64,000 nt of DNA from Octopus vulgaris. Its lineage: Eukaryota. Of this stretch, positions 49,546 through 62,506 are shown one piece after another (the first letter of the stretch is position 1; each line of letters starts with the position of its first letter). The position numbers were made by a program, and so were the translations under genes. Where the stretch lies: NCBI GenBank assembly GCA_951406725.2, contig OX597830.1, positions 11,222,001-11,286,000 on the forward strand. Reading direction: 5' to 3'. The notes below the pieces were generated by a model that saw only the letters and a list, made by a program, of their open reading frames with translations, was not told where the DNA came from and ran no database searches.

Positions 49546-49698
49546 ATACCAGAAAATCATATCCTTCATATTGGAGTTACAGTCTAATCATAATAGTTGT
49601 TGTAACAACCTTTATTATTCTGTCATTGTGCTTATTTTTCATATTTGTTTGCAAGATTCGCAGAATTCGACAAGCTAACAGACAAAATTCTGTCAGGG
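49546..49698 (+). CDS. CUB-LDLa gene exon 10 (TM helix SLIIIVVVTTFIILSLCLFFIFVC + KIRRIR stop-transfer)
   Basis: Poly-T + TTCAG acceptor, GTAAGA donor, phase 1/1; ~23 hydrophobic residues followed by a basic cluster. Confidence 0.93.
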
Positions 49699-50299
49699 GT
49701 AAGATTTTTAAATTCAATTCTTTGTAGAAGGGAACGGATGAAGAGATGGGTGAACATAGAGGAAAAAAGGGTAGATTCACACCCTTGTTTCAGCTGTTCA
49801 CATATAGTACTAATGTAGTTACCTCTTTCTCTTGCACAAGCATTATCTGTTTAACTAAATCATTCCAAAGATTACTAAAAGACTTGAAGTTAGGGAAGAG
49901 TCTATAACATTTACTTCCACAATCTGTGCCATTATTTTTGCTAGTAGAAACCCTTTTTGTAAAGGGTCCAGTGCCGTTGGTTTGTAACTGTTGCGGCCAT
50001 TACTCACAGTTAGCAGACAAACAATTCTATTTAAAGTTAATGGTTCTGTCAAAGGAAAATAATTTTATTTGGATCACTACATCCCACAATATCTTGCCAT
50101 TCTCAATTACTCATTCTGAAGTTTGTTCATACCACTTCTTTGCTCCATTCTATCTACACTTGCTATATAGCTCCAAATGTGACATTACTGTGTCTTCTTT
50201 TGTATTCTTTTTGGACCAATTCCATGCATTTATTCACAATATGCCATTCAGTCTGCCTTTTATCACTGCAAACCCAATAGCTGTCACTTTCTGGTATAC

Positions 50300-51080
50300 A
50301 GCGATCTGGCAGAGTGGTTAGCACGCCGGGCGAAATACTTAGCCGTATTTCGTCTGTCGTTACGTTCTGAGTTCAAATTCCACCGAGGGCGACTTTGCCT
50401 TTCATCCTTTCGGGGTCGATAAATTAAGTACCAGTTATGCACTGGGGTTGATGTAATCGACTTAATACCTATGTCTGTCCTTGTTTGTCCCCTCTGTGTG
50501 TAGCCCCTTGTGGGTAATAAAGAAATAGGTATTTCGTCTGCCGTTACGTTCTGGGTTCAAATTCCACCGAGGTCGACTTTGCCTTTCATCCTTTCGGGGT
50601 TGATAAATTAAGTACCAGTTATGCACTGGGGTTGATGTAATCGACTTAATACCTATGTCTGTCCTTGTTTGTCCCCTCTGTGTGTAGCCCCTTGTGGGTA
50701 ATAAAGAAATAGGTATTTCGTCTGCCGTTACGTTCTGGGTTCAAATTCCACCGAGGTCGACTTTGCCTTTCATCCTTTCGGGGTTGATAAATTAAGTACC
50801 AGTTATGCACTGGGGTTGATGTAATCGACTTAATACCTATGTCTGTCCTTGTTTGTCCCCTCTGTGTGTAGCCCCTTGTGGGTAATAAAGAAATAGGTAT
50901 TTCGTCTGCCGTTACGTTCTGGGTTCAAATTCCACCGAGGTCGACTTTGCCTTTCATCCTTTCGGGGTTGATAAATTAAGTACCAGTTATGCACTGGGGT
51001 TGATGTAATCGACTTAATACCTATGTCTGTCCTTGTTTGTCCCCTCTGTGTTTAGCCCCTTGTGGGTAGTAAAGAAATAG
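50300..51080 (+). repeat. Family D SINE with its body tandemly repeated 4x (184-bp period)
   Basis: GTATTTCGTCTG.. unit starts at ~50344, 50528, 50712, 50896. Confidence 0.93.
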
Positions 51081-51496
51081 AAATAGGTATACTGCCAATC
51101 CTGCATTTGATGTAATTTATCCTATGTGCTTGTTCTTACACAGCACAGGTAGTGCTTCGGTCCCTGGCTTCAAGTCACTCTACCTTAACTAGTATCTGTA
51201 TTTCTGCTCACTTTTCCTGCAAACTTTCTTCAATTCCATTTCTTTTTGTCTCCCTTAGACTTTTTTTTTTCTCTTTGTAGTCCTCTGTCTCTATGCTGAC
51301 TATATCAATCCTGACTATATCACATTCTTGCTATACCAGCCCAAACTTCTTTCTTCTGAACATATACAACTTTCATAGCAAGGAGAATCCTTGCCATCCT
51401 TGTCTTTCGTTGAGATATAACCTGTCGATATTGTTGCTCTTGGGATCAGATGCCCCATGCATTGCGAGCAGCTTTCTCAATTTTCAGTCTAGCCTC

Positions 51497-51793
51497 CGAA
51501 TCGTGGCCGAAGCCAGTGCCGCCTCGACTGGCTTCCGTGCCGGTGGGACGTAAAATGCACCAATCCGACCGTGGCCGATGCCAGCCTCGCCTGGCACCAG
51601 TGCAGGTGGCACGTAAAAAGCACCCACTACACTCACGGAGTGGTTGGCGTTAGGAAGGGCATCCAGCTGTAGAAACATTGCCAGATAAGACTGGAGCCTG
51701 GTGCAGCCTTCTGGCTTCCCAGATCCCCGGTTGAACCGTCCAACCCATGCTAGCATGGAAAGCGGACGTTAAATGATGATAATGATGATGATG
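51497..51793 (+). mobile_element. RTE 3'-end repeat (family C)
   Basis: Ends GCGGACGTTAAAT(GAT)n. Confidence 0.88.
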
Positions 51794-52107
51794 TAACTCT
51801 TTTTTTACTCAGACTGAGAAAGCTACTCACAATCCCAAGAGCAATATTGACAGGTTATATCTCAACAAAAGACAAGAATGGCAACGATTCTCCTTGCCAT
51901 TCACTTTTCTCCACAACACCAGTCTAAGTCTTCAGAATTACTGTTGCATAAAGTCTCATGCCATGTCTTCTACCATCATACCATTCATCTCCGTTATACC
52001 CTAACATTTTTACCCATTATCATCAATACTCTCCATTCTTTCCATACCTTCAAATCTGTTCTTTCCTTCTCATTTGGGAATACATCTCCACATATTTTTA
52101 GACCACC

Positions 52108-52946
52108 CTAGCAGTATCGCCCGGCGTTGCTCGGGTTTGTAAGGGAAATAACTATATAAGCATTTTTAGAGAGTTACTTTCCTTATATAAAACCGAGTAA
52201 AAAATGCATTAAAAAAACGAAAAAATGATGGTAAATTTTTTTTTTAATCGTAGACTCATCGTAGACGCGTGCTAATACCCAGAAGGGCTCGATATGAATC
52301 ACGACTATAAGATACCCGCTTTTGGTTACACTGCACCGCAAAATGTGGGAGTAGTTAGGAATCTAAATCGGAGTAGACAGATACACACACACACAACTTT
52401 AGTTTTATACTAGCAGTATCGCCCGGCGTTGCTCGGGTTTGTAAGGGAAATAACTATATAAGCATTTTTAGAGAGTTATAGCAAAAAAATGCATTAAAAA
52501 TGGAATAAAAAATGATTATTTTTTTTTTAAATCGTTGACTCAGTGTCTTCAAGCCATGAAGTCGTTGTTCTAAAAGAACGCTGGTCTCCTTGACAACGCT
52601 TTACGACGTTGATTTCCTTACACTCCCTTCCCCACAGCTTCACGAGGGAGGGAAGAAGGGGGAGAAGCAAACAGGTGCAGGTGTGACCGTGGACGCCAAC
52701 TCCGCCGCCATCGACACATGAAAAATTATGCATTAAAATGGAATAAAAAATGATGTTAAATTATTTTTAAAATCGTAGACTCATCGTAGACACGCGCTAA
52801 TAGCCAGACAGGCTCGATATGAATTACGACTATAAGATACCCGAATTTGGTTAAACTGCACCGCAAAATGTGGGAGTAAGGAATCTAAATCGAAGGGGAC
52901 AGACACTCACACAACTACAGTTTTATATATATTTTATATATAAAGA
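52108..52946 (-). mobile_element. Two nested/tandem non-autonomous Helitrons
   Basis: CTAG + hairpin ends at 52108 and 52410; TC start at 52946; same family as 31310. Confidence 0.85.
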
Positions 52947-53459
52947 TTTCATTCCCACTGTGTTTACTAAAGAACTAACTTGAGCTTCTTCGTTATGTAT
53001 CTTGAGATCATCCATAAACAATCAATTCTAGATCTTTTGCTGTTTTTCTTTATGTTAATTTTGTCTGTAGCAATATTAAAGATATTATTCACAAAACAAA
53101 TAGTAAAGGAGACACTATTCCCTTGAAAAATCTCTCTCTTGACTCTTAACATTCTTAGGTTTTGTCCATATGATGTGAACTCAGTCTCCTACCTTTCTAT
53201 GCCTTTTCTAAAAAAAAAAAAAAACTAGGAAGGGCATCCAGCCATAAAAACCATTTCAAATGGTCCCTGAATAAGGTTTATTTAAGTCTGCACAAAACAC
53301 ATTTGGTTGGTTTCTTTTATCTTTGTATGGGTCAAGTCCAGATTCCCTGAATATCACTACAGCTGCTGATAAATTAAGTACCAGTTGCATACTGGGGTCG
53401 ATCTAATTGATTGACCCTCCCCCCACTAAATTTCAGGCTTTGTGCCTATAGCAGAAGGG

Positions 53460-53510
<51 letters not shown>

Positions 53511-53701
53511 GCTTCTACTTTGACAAACGATAGTTGATAGCTGTATTATATTGAAAACTTAGTTTTAATTGGTAAGGGGTTCATGTTAGAGTACACTAAG
53601 GTTTATTTTATGTAAAGTTATTGTTGAAATATAATATCGTAGAAATATACAGATACTTATAATTTTCTACCCACATTTTACAAAATCATTCTCTTTTTTA
53701 G

Positions 53702-53811
53702 CAAACCACAACCACATAAGAATGAATCTAACGTTTGAAGGTGAGCGAGATGCACCTCCAGCCTATGATGAAGTTATGACACCAAGCGGTCTACAAGGCA
53801 ATTTTAATTTG
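53702..53811 (+). CDS. CUB-LDLa gene exon 11 (cytoplasmic: ANHNHIRMNLTFEGERDAPPAYDEVMTPSGLQGNFNL)
   Basis: CTCTTTTTTAG acceptor, GTAAGA donor, phase 1 in / 0 out; PPAY motif. Confidence 0.9.
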
Positions 53812-54013
53812 GTAAGAAAAACATGCTTCTTGAATTTAACAAAAGTTTACGAGAACAGTCACAACTGCTTTGCTGCCATGTAAATGGATGTTTTTACTTT
53901 TTCTGTTTTTCAGTTTATATGAGTCATTGATGGTGAGGCTTTCAGCATTTTTATTTCGGCTGCTAAACAGTAACTCTCATTTTAGTTTAGTGTGCTCAAG
54001 TGCCATTTTGCCA

Positions 54014-54054
<41 letters not shown>

Positions 54055-54058
<4 letters not shown>

Positions 54059-54190
54059 TGTCCCAAAAGTTCGTAGAAAGTCTTGGAAAATAATGGTCTT
54101 TATTTTGAGGAATAATTTTTGTTGTTTTTGTTAGTACTTGGCGAGTAAAAATTCAATTTTCGCAAGTGTTTACAAACTTTTGGGACAACC

Positions 54191-54191
<1 letters not shown>
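54055..54191. mobile_element. Small MITE in (TA)n (AGGTTGTCCCAAAAGTT TIRs)
   Basis: 17-bp perfect TIRs; TA-repeat target; mariner-like termini. Confidence 0.8.
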
Positions 54192-54226
<35 letters not shown>

Positions 54227-54227
<1 letters not shown>

Positions 54228-54632
54228 TAGCAGTATCGCCCGGCGTTGCTTGGGTTTGTATGGGAAATAACTATTTTTAGAGATGTAAAGCATTTTAAAG
54301 CATTTTTAGAGATGTAAAGTATAATAGCCATCTCAATATGGCTAACCACAAAGGGGGGGTGTTACTGTAGTTTTTTACGTTTTGAGATTTAATAATACAT
54401 TTTTAGAGAGTTACTTCCTTTATATAATAGCAAAAAAATGCATTAAAAATGGGAAAAAATGATGGTAAATTTGTTTTTAAATCGTAGACGCGTGCTAATA
54501 CCCAGAAGGGCTCGATATGAATCACGACTATAAGATACCCGCTTTTGGTTACACTGCACCGCAAAATGTGGGAGTAGTTAGGAATCTAAATCGTAGGAGA
54601 CAGACACACAACTTCACTTTTATATATAAAGA
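54227..54632 (-). mobile_element. Non-autonomous Helitron
   Basis: Same TC...hairpin-CTAG structure as 31310-31704. Confidence 0.85.
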
Positions 54633-55294
54633 TATATATGTGTGTGTGTGTGTGTTTTTTTTAGCTTTATTTTTATATAAAGCTCAATGGGGTTAGGTCA
54701 GATAATCATTACAAAATAAAAAAGTTAAAATTTTATCATTAATTTTCATTTAGAAAAGAATATAATTTCTTCAAACCGATTTTGGCTTTTTCTTCTTTTT
54801 TGCATTAGACACTTAAAATGCAATGGGAAAAGCCTTTATGGTGGGGGAAAAATTATGAGAATATCTTGAGATGTAAAAGTATATGATTTGAGGGGGATTT
54901 AGCTGCTGTTTTCAGGTTGTCACAGGATTACTAGAAACAGCAGCTAATCCTCCATTAAATCACAGCTTTTCATCTTAAAATATTTTCATAATTTTTTTTT
55001 TCTCCATTTGCTTTTTTTAAGTGCCTAGTGCTCCAAAAATAACCTGGAGGTGTGAATAAAAAGCACAAATTTTCTGAAATTTCTTGTATAAAATGTGTGT
55101 GTTCCCCACCCCCAATAATTTCCAAGGCTGTGGTGAGAAAAAATGTGGGAAAAATCCCCATCAAAACAAAGATAATTCAACTTATGTGAGCATTCTGATC
55201 AGAAATTCTGCTATTTATAGCCATTTTTAATAGTCTAATTAACATTTTATGGAAAATCTGTCATTTCCCAAAATCTTAGGATTTATTTATTTAG

Positions 55295-55570
55295 TATAAT
55301 AATAATAATGAAATTATTGTATACAGTGCTCAGGTGCACCACTTGTCAGAAAGTGCATATAAAGCACATGCAGTAATGTAAAAATGTCTGGAAAGCGAAC
55401 AATGTATGAGTCAGATACATGCTTGTGTGTGTATGGAGGGGAGAAAATCAAGTGTAGTGTTGGCGAATCTCAGGAAGCATGGAAGTTTTGAAGGATGCAG
55501 TGCTCCGACAACTAACAACCGATGCCGGCAGTTTGTTCCATGCTTCAGCAACTCTAAGCGTAAAAAAATG
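55295..55570 (-). mobile_element. CR1-type LINE 3' fragment
   Basis: HFFTLRVAEAWNKLPASVV; homologous to 32595-32870. Confidence 0.85.
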
Positions 55571-56059
55571 TAGTAGGTATAGAATACCTACTACAAATGT
55601 ACCAAATCTCAAGTTCCTGTGGCTTGTAGTTTTAGATTTAACAAGGTCTAAAAACATTTCAAAAACTGACCATTTGTTACATAAATATTTAAAATACTGC
55701 CAAAAAAAAGTTTTCTTTCTTGAAAAAAATTGGGCAACTACTATACTCTGGTCATTATTAATTTGTGTAATTTGAAGCTAATTATCATCTCAGTTTCAAA
55801 TATATGACATTACAAATATAGCTACTTATTCATTTATGCAAATTAGGTAAAATTTCAAATTAGGTAAAATTTCAACCATTTCAGTCATATTTCCTAAAAT
55901 AAAATTTCACAAATTAGGTATCAAAATGTTTCTTTTTTGGAAGCTCTCCAAGAAAAAGTACAATAGAAATTACATTTAAACATTTTCAAAAATTCATAGT
56001 GATATCTATTATTATTCTTGCCACTACACAATTTGATTTCCAATATTTTTCCGTTGCAG

Positions 56060-56371
56060 GCATTTAACTGGTCTCACAGTAACAGTAACGAACCCTCAGG
56101 AATGCCACCAACATATCAGGAATATATGCAACAAACATCTGCTACTGATTGTGTTGATTCAAGAGGAGGTAATGATGAAGCAAGCAGCGAGAACATAGTG
56201 CAACAACCTTTACCAGAGGAGCAGGAAGACAGATTACAAAGGGAATCGGGTAATGGAAATAAGGACCAAACAGTACCAGTAGCTTTAACAATAGATATAA
56301 ATTCAGTTGGAAATAGTTTAGAAATTTCCCAACCAGTTTCTGAAGTTAATGTTAATTCTAGCAGTTGCTAA
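56060..56371 (+). CDS. CUB-LDLa gene terminal exon 12 (AFNWSHSNSNEPSGMPPTYQEYMQ...NSSSC*)
   Basis: TTCCGTTGCAG acceptor at phase 0, 103 codons then TAA; second PPxY; AATAAA signals downstream (~56771, ~56807). Confidence 0.9.
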   Translation, partial: AFNWSHSNSNEPSGMPPTYQEYMQQTSATDCVDSRGGNDEASSENIVQQPLPEEQEDRLQRESGNGNKDQTVPVALTIDINSVGNSLEISQPVSEVNVNSSSC

Positions 56372-57661
56372 TTATTCCAGTGGCAATCTGTGTAGTGTAC
56401 AGGGTGCTGAACAACACATAACCGACACTGAGAATTATATTAGGAAGCAGTAAACATGAGCGAAAGACAGATAAAAGAATGTAGGAATGTTGAAAATAGC
56501 AATTGTCAAAAACCTTCAGCTGTATTTCTATCAGGATATGGTAACTCAGACAGTGAAGTGTATATATAAGATTTAATGACAGGGAAAAGGGTATTAAATA
56601 CATGCACACACACACACACATACACACATATATGCATCAAGTCAGTTTGGTATTATCTGCACTGCTCAAAGTAAAATCAAAATAAGCAACAGGATATCAA
56701 GTAGGGATGCAGTACACCCATTTCAAGCAGCTCCATTTAATTTAAATGCAATGCCGTCTTCAGGTGCGCAAATAAATAAATGGAATTTTAACAAGTTGGA
56801 CACATTAATAAAATTTTTCTCAAATATTTTAACAGTGTAAGAAGATGGAAGAAATTCATGTGGTCACTATTGTAGCTAAGAATAGACTACACTTCTAAGA
56901 ATCACATGGAGCATAGTGGGATCATAGTGTTGTAAGAGATTGTAATTCATTTATCTCTTTATCAATTACTAAAGGCTGTGTCTATTTTGAATAAAGGACA
57001 AGAATGAATTGACAGCTTATGGCTAGGTATGGTCATAAATATTATATGTATCCCTTTTCCTCAATGAGGAAATGAGACATTAGGAGTAGTCAGTTGGGTA
57101 AAAATAACTGTCTATGAAAAGAGGCAGGGTAGAGGTTGACTTTAAATCATGATATTAATTACCAATTAAAGGGGCAAGAAGTTAAGAAACCTAAGAAGGA
57201 AATTTTATTTAGGGGCACTATGGGTGATTGTTTATAAACAATATTGTTATGCTGTATAAAAATAAAATTTAAGAATTTAAAAAATTATATCATAACCAAG
57301 ATAGGTAAAAGGTGTGTATATATCAATTATAAATGTTAAAAAGGAAAGATTACACAGAATCGGTTTAATATTCATTCATGTACTTAATTAATTACTTATT
57401 AGGTAGTTTCTATACATATGGAATAACTGGAAAGATATACATGCTATCTATTAATTTTAAGCCACGAATCAGAAAAATGGAAAGAGGCTTACAGATACAC
57501 ACTCGTTTATATATGTACATATATACACATACACAAATATTTATATGTTTATATGGATATAGCATAATTATCTTGCATAAATTTAAGTAACTGAAAAATA
57601 TCTATTTTAGAACAAGAAAAATAACAATTTATAAGGGTATCAAAATAAGAATTTACAGTAC

Positions 57662-57761
57662 TTAAGTACTAGGCTTACAAAGAATAAGTCCTTGGGTCGA
57701 TTTGCTTGACTAAAGGTGGTGCTCCAGCATGGCCACAGTCAAATGGCTGAAACAAGTAAAA

Positions 57762-57763
<2 letters not shown>
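57662..57763 (+). mobile_element. 3' fragment of SINE family A followed by (TA)n
   Basis: Matches the family A tail. Confidence 0.85.
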
Positions 57764-57857
<94 letters not shown>

Positions 57858-58176
57858 GTATATATATTATAAGCTGTGATTGTCACAAGAATCACCAAAA
57901 GAACTAAAGTTTTTTAGCTCTGAAATTTTTAACCACCAACTTGATAAGCACCTTGTCATCACCCTGTAGGCTCTAAATTATTTCTGCATCAAACTCAGTC
58001 AATTCAGTCTTATATAGACTCTGTATTATGTCTTCTTTGTCATATTTGTGAAAGCAAACATATCTGTCTGTCTGTCAGTCTACGTGCACACACACACACA
58101 CCCCATATCAAAAGTGAGATCTACTGATGCTCTATTTAGAATACACATAGTAGTACTCTAATGATTTGAACTTAAG

Positions 58177-58570
58177 CAACAAAATGTTTCTTGACAACAA
58201 AATGTTTCTTGACAACAAAATGTTTCTTGACAACAAAATGTTTCTTGACAACAAAATGTTTCTTGACAACAAAATGTTTCTTGACAACAAAATGTTTCTT
58301 GACAACAAAATGTTTCTTGACAACAAAATGTTTCTTGACAACAAAATGTTTCTTGACAACAAAATGTTTCTTGACAACAAAATGTTTCTTGACAACAAAA
58401 TGTTTCTTGACAACAAAATGTTTCTTGACAACAAAATGTTTCTTGACAACAAAATGTTTCTTGACAACAAAATGTTTCTTGACAACAAAATGTTTCTTGA
58501 CAACAAAATGTTTCTTGACAACAAAATGTTTCTTGACAACAAAATGTTTCTTGACAACAAAATGTTTCTT
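58177..58570. repeat. Perfect 18-bp minisatellite, ~22 copies (CAACAAAATGTTTCTTGA)
   Basis: Read directly; no variant units seen. Confidence 0.97.
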
Positions 58571-59505
58571 CACAGAGTAGCAATAAGAGAAATCTGGGTA
58601 AAGCTGATTGGACTCGATATATATAAACGGCATTATATCACCACAGGAAAAAATTTGCTTCATTTCTTTCTGCCTACATATTCGGTGCATACGTACTTAC
58701 ATAAAGTATTGCACATCATACAACATGCAAAGAAACCTGTTCCTAACAGGTGTAACACCTTCCCCTGTAATATTTCCATCTGTTCCTGACAGCTGCTATG
58801 TTTTTACAACACTTACTCCCATTCCCCACGGTTCATTCAGTCATCTACGCATCAGAAACTTAACTAATTCAAAAGTCCCTTCCGGGTAATTAAAGGATCA
58901 AATTTCCTGAGTATTGTTATTGTTAACTCTTGTGCATCTGTTGCTTTTCATTCTGCTTGACTGAAATCCTACTGCACCCATAATATATATAAGATGTACT
59001 CTGTACAGTTTGGTAGTTTATTTTGGGATCAAGAATCTATGAATATTTACTAACAGTGACGGAAAATAGATCACAGCCTAAAGTTTAGTTATTGTGTAGT
59101 AGACAAACGGTTATGACAAAAACTGAATGTTTAACCCTACACAATGTCCAAAGTTAAGATACTAAAGTCTTCTTGTTAGCTAAAATTACCTCACTGGTCC
59201 TAATCATAGGTTTGCCCTACAATTGATATATCAAGCTATAGACACCATAATGTAATATTTACATTTTATGTTTTGTTAAAAATAAATTAATAAAAACCGT
59301 TTTTTGTAACACAAAAGCTATGTATTTTACACTAATTAAACTGGATACAAAAGTAATTATCAAAAGTGGAAGCTGTCATTTTCCAACTATATTTCTAAAA
59401 TAAACAATTCTAAAGAAGATAATAAATTCTAGTGATTTTGACATTCTTAGATATATGGATGCCATTTTCTCTATATCTATTTTAATATATATATTAATAT
59501 ATATA

Positions 59506-59791
59506 CCAGACCATCAGATGTTGATACACATCGCTGGTCACAATGCGTTCGCATTGTTTTAGCCTTCGATTGACGCCACCCTGCTGGCTAAGCGAGCAGG
59601 CCAACAGACGAAAGAGTGAGAGAAAGAGTGGTGAAAGAGTACAGCAGGGATTACCACCCCCTGCCGGAGCCTCGTGGAGCTTTTTAGGTGTTTTTGCTCA
59701 ATAAACACACACAACACCCGGTCTGGGAATCGAAACCGCGATCCTATGACCACGAGTCCACTGTCCTAACCACTGGGCCATTGCGCCTCCA
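59506..59791 (-). mobile_element. SINE family B variant with a different 3' tail
   Basis: Family B head on the minus strand; diverges after ..CTTTCTCTCACTCTT. Confidence 0.85.
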
Positions 59792-59866
59792 CCTATATCT
59801 ATTTACTCCTCTTAATCTTCTGAAACTTTACAGATTGTATAATTAACAAGTGATTATCAAACCTGC

Positions 59867-59990
59867 CATCATCATCATCATCATCATCATTTAGCGTCCG
59901 CTTTCCATGCTAGCATGGGTTGGACGGGTCAACTGGGGTCTGTGAAGCTGGAAGGCTTCGTCAGGCCCAGTCAGATCTGGCAGTGTTTGT
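59867..59990 (-). mobile_element. Family C fragment
   Basis: (CAT)n + TTTCCATGCTAGCATGGGTTGGACGG. Confidence 0.85.
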
Positions 59991-60744
59991 TGAATTGAAA
60001 TCATCAAAAATGTTCAGCCTGTATAAGGAATTTGCATTTTGAACCTAATTTAAACAACAGTTTGCTTAAATTGAGCTCAACATGCAACTTCCAAGAAAAG
60101 ATATGTGGCAGTTTCCCATCTAGAATTATCTTCAACAATGGTTTACTCTGTTTTTATGTGAGACTCTTTTCTCATTTCTGCATCTTGTCAAGTCTGCAGA
60201 AAGAAACAGAGTTCAATGGTGAAGCAGATTTATGTTAGTCAATTTTCAAAACAACAAAAATATACTGAAAACCAGTAATGAAAACAATACTAGTCATATA
60301 ATTTATAATGATACTGCTGGTTGTGTTAAACAAACACTTCTCTAGATTTCTACATATAAGTGAAATTTCTGTAAATAGTGAAAGTCAGCAGTGTTGAGAA
60401 AGAGAGAGATTTATTCACAAACGTCTTCATAGCAAGAAAGAATAAAATAATAAATTTGCATAAAGAATGTTACTGAAAGTGGGAAATGATTACAAGTGTA
60501 GAAATGGTTACAACTGTTTTCCCAATTCTTTTTTCCTGATGAAGGAAACTGGTTTTATGGTTATATTTAAGTGCAACAATTTAATAGTTGATTTTTTGCA
60601 CATTCCATCTGCTAATTATGAGCAGTTCAATTATTACATGATTCTGAGCTTCCACAAACAGCCATTGAATTAGATTGTACATTCTCTCCCAAGTATTCTG
60701 TATCTTTTATGGTCTTTGTAAATTCATTTCTCTCTCTATATATA

Positions 60745-61124
60745 CACTACCGTCAGAAATTAATTAGCACCCTTGATTTGCTCTTCACTCAAGGTATGTG
60801 CTGTCACCTAGTGGCCATATCTCAAACTATTGCTTTGTTGCGAGTTCACTGTTGCGCAGAACAATGACGTAACTTTGTTTGCAGAGCAGTTTGAGAGTCT
60901 ACAGCCTTATGATGTTGACATAGCAGTGCAACAACAACTTGGAGTGCGGATGCAGACAAATCTTCCTTTGTTTAATAGATATAGGTAGCGCCTCGCAAGG
61001 ACCGAAATCACACCATACTAAGTTTTCTCATCGCGTAAGACATTTTGAACAGCTCATAGGTTAATTGATTTAACCTATTTAATGTAGAAATTTGAGAAGT
61101 GCTAATTAATTTCTGACGCAAGTG
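60745..61124. mobile_element. 380-bp MITE, TA TSD (second copy)
   Basis: Near-identical to 41280-41659. Confidence 0.92.
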
Positions 61125-62201
61125 TATATATATATATCACATGACCGACATTTCGATTTCTGAAGTTTATTGAATTTTTTCACAAATTTAAGTATTCATT
61201 GCATTTAGGGTAGAGTATTCCATTTTCATTTGCAAAGTCTCTCACTCTCTATTTTAATGTTTTCCAAGTTTTTTATTTGCTATTTGCAAAACCCACAGTT
61301 TATTCTATATACATAATGTAAAAACATAATAACTATCCCAACGAATTTTGGCTATTTTTTTTTCAACTTAAAACAATGGAAGGCCTTTTCAGTAAAAAAA
61401 AAAAATTGTAAATATTTTCAGAGGAAAAGGTGAACAAATCAAGGGAGGTTTGGTTGTCATTTCTAGTACAATAGAAACCACCCTCCATTTTCACTCTCAC
61501 TTGTATTCATGTATATTTATTAAGCAAGTGAGCACTATTAGACAAAGGAATATTTAGACATAAACTATCATAAAAATTATTAGCATTGGGAATCAAATCT
61601 AAAAACATTATCAAGTGGATAGCTGAACACCACCCGGAGGCTGGTCTTTCTGCTAGTCTGTCATTGTGCCAGTTTTATTTGCATTGAAATGAAAGTGAAT
61701 TTTATGATGATTCAGTTAACCACAATCTTGAAATCCACTTCGATGCTTTATAACCTGAACCGACCCAACAGGTCACTGTAGTCTAGTATATATATATATA
61801 AATATCTCTATGCGTTATTTTCTGAATATATTTTGTTATTTTCTATATATATGTGTTATTTTCTGAATATATTTTTTTTATATGTATCTATCTATATATA
61901 TCTCCATGTGCATATGTATATTTATATATATCAAGCCTAATCATTTTTATATGCCTCTACAATCACATGTGCACACGCACAAAAATTTGTTTTCAATTGT
62001 TGAAAGTAAATAAAGTTTTAAAAAATAATATTTATTTTGATTTCAACTGTTTGAAAATGAATTATTTCACATTCTTTCAAAGTTTCTAAGTTCTTGTGTA
62101 GGTAGGTATGTATATATGTATATATACGCCATGTATAGGACGCCATGATAAATCATTAGCTCCTACACGCATTTTTTTCTCTCCTTGTTTTTTTCTGTAT
62201 A

Positions 62202-62239
62202 TCTTTCTGTCGAAGAGCGTAGGCTCGAAACGTAAAAGA
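62202..62239 (+). ncRNA. Minimal hammerhead-like motif in a probable Penelope-like LTR remnant (~62130-62335)
   Basis: TCTTT-CTGTCGA-A-GAGC[GTAG]GCTC-GAAA-CG-TA-AAAGA; palindromic ACGT stem III; core position 6 is U. Confidence 0.55.
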
Positions 62240-62506
62240 CTTTTTCTATTCCTGAGCGTTAGACTAATACATCTGTTTGTTTGTACTCCACCTGCCTTCG
62301 TTTTTTGTTTATTTTCGTAAACTCTCCCTTTATATATGAATATGTGTGTTTACATGTGTAGATAGCTGTATCTATCTCTTATCATCACCATCGTCATCCT
62401 TTATTGCCTTCTTTCCATGCTAGAACGGTTTGGATGCTTTTACAGGAACTGAGAGACCAAAGGATTGTGCTAACTTTCAATGTCTGCTCAGGTATGGGTG
62501 TCATGT

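Noticed and set aside
52967-53152. ORF with VKREIFQGNSVS
   Set aside because: Probably a very decayed RT motif (GIFQGDSLS); too short to annotate confidently.
58132-58789. Five overlapping repetitive ORFs
   Set aside because: A trivial result of a stop-free 18-bp unit.
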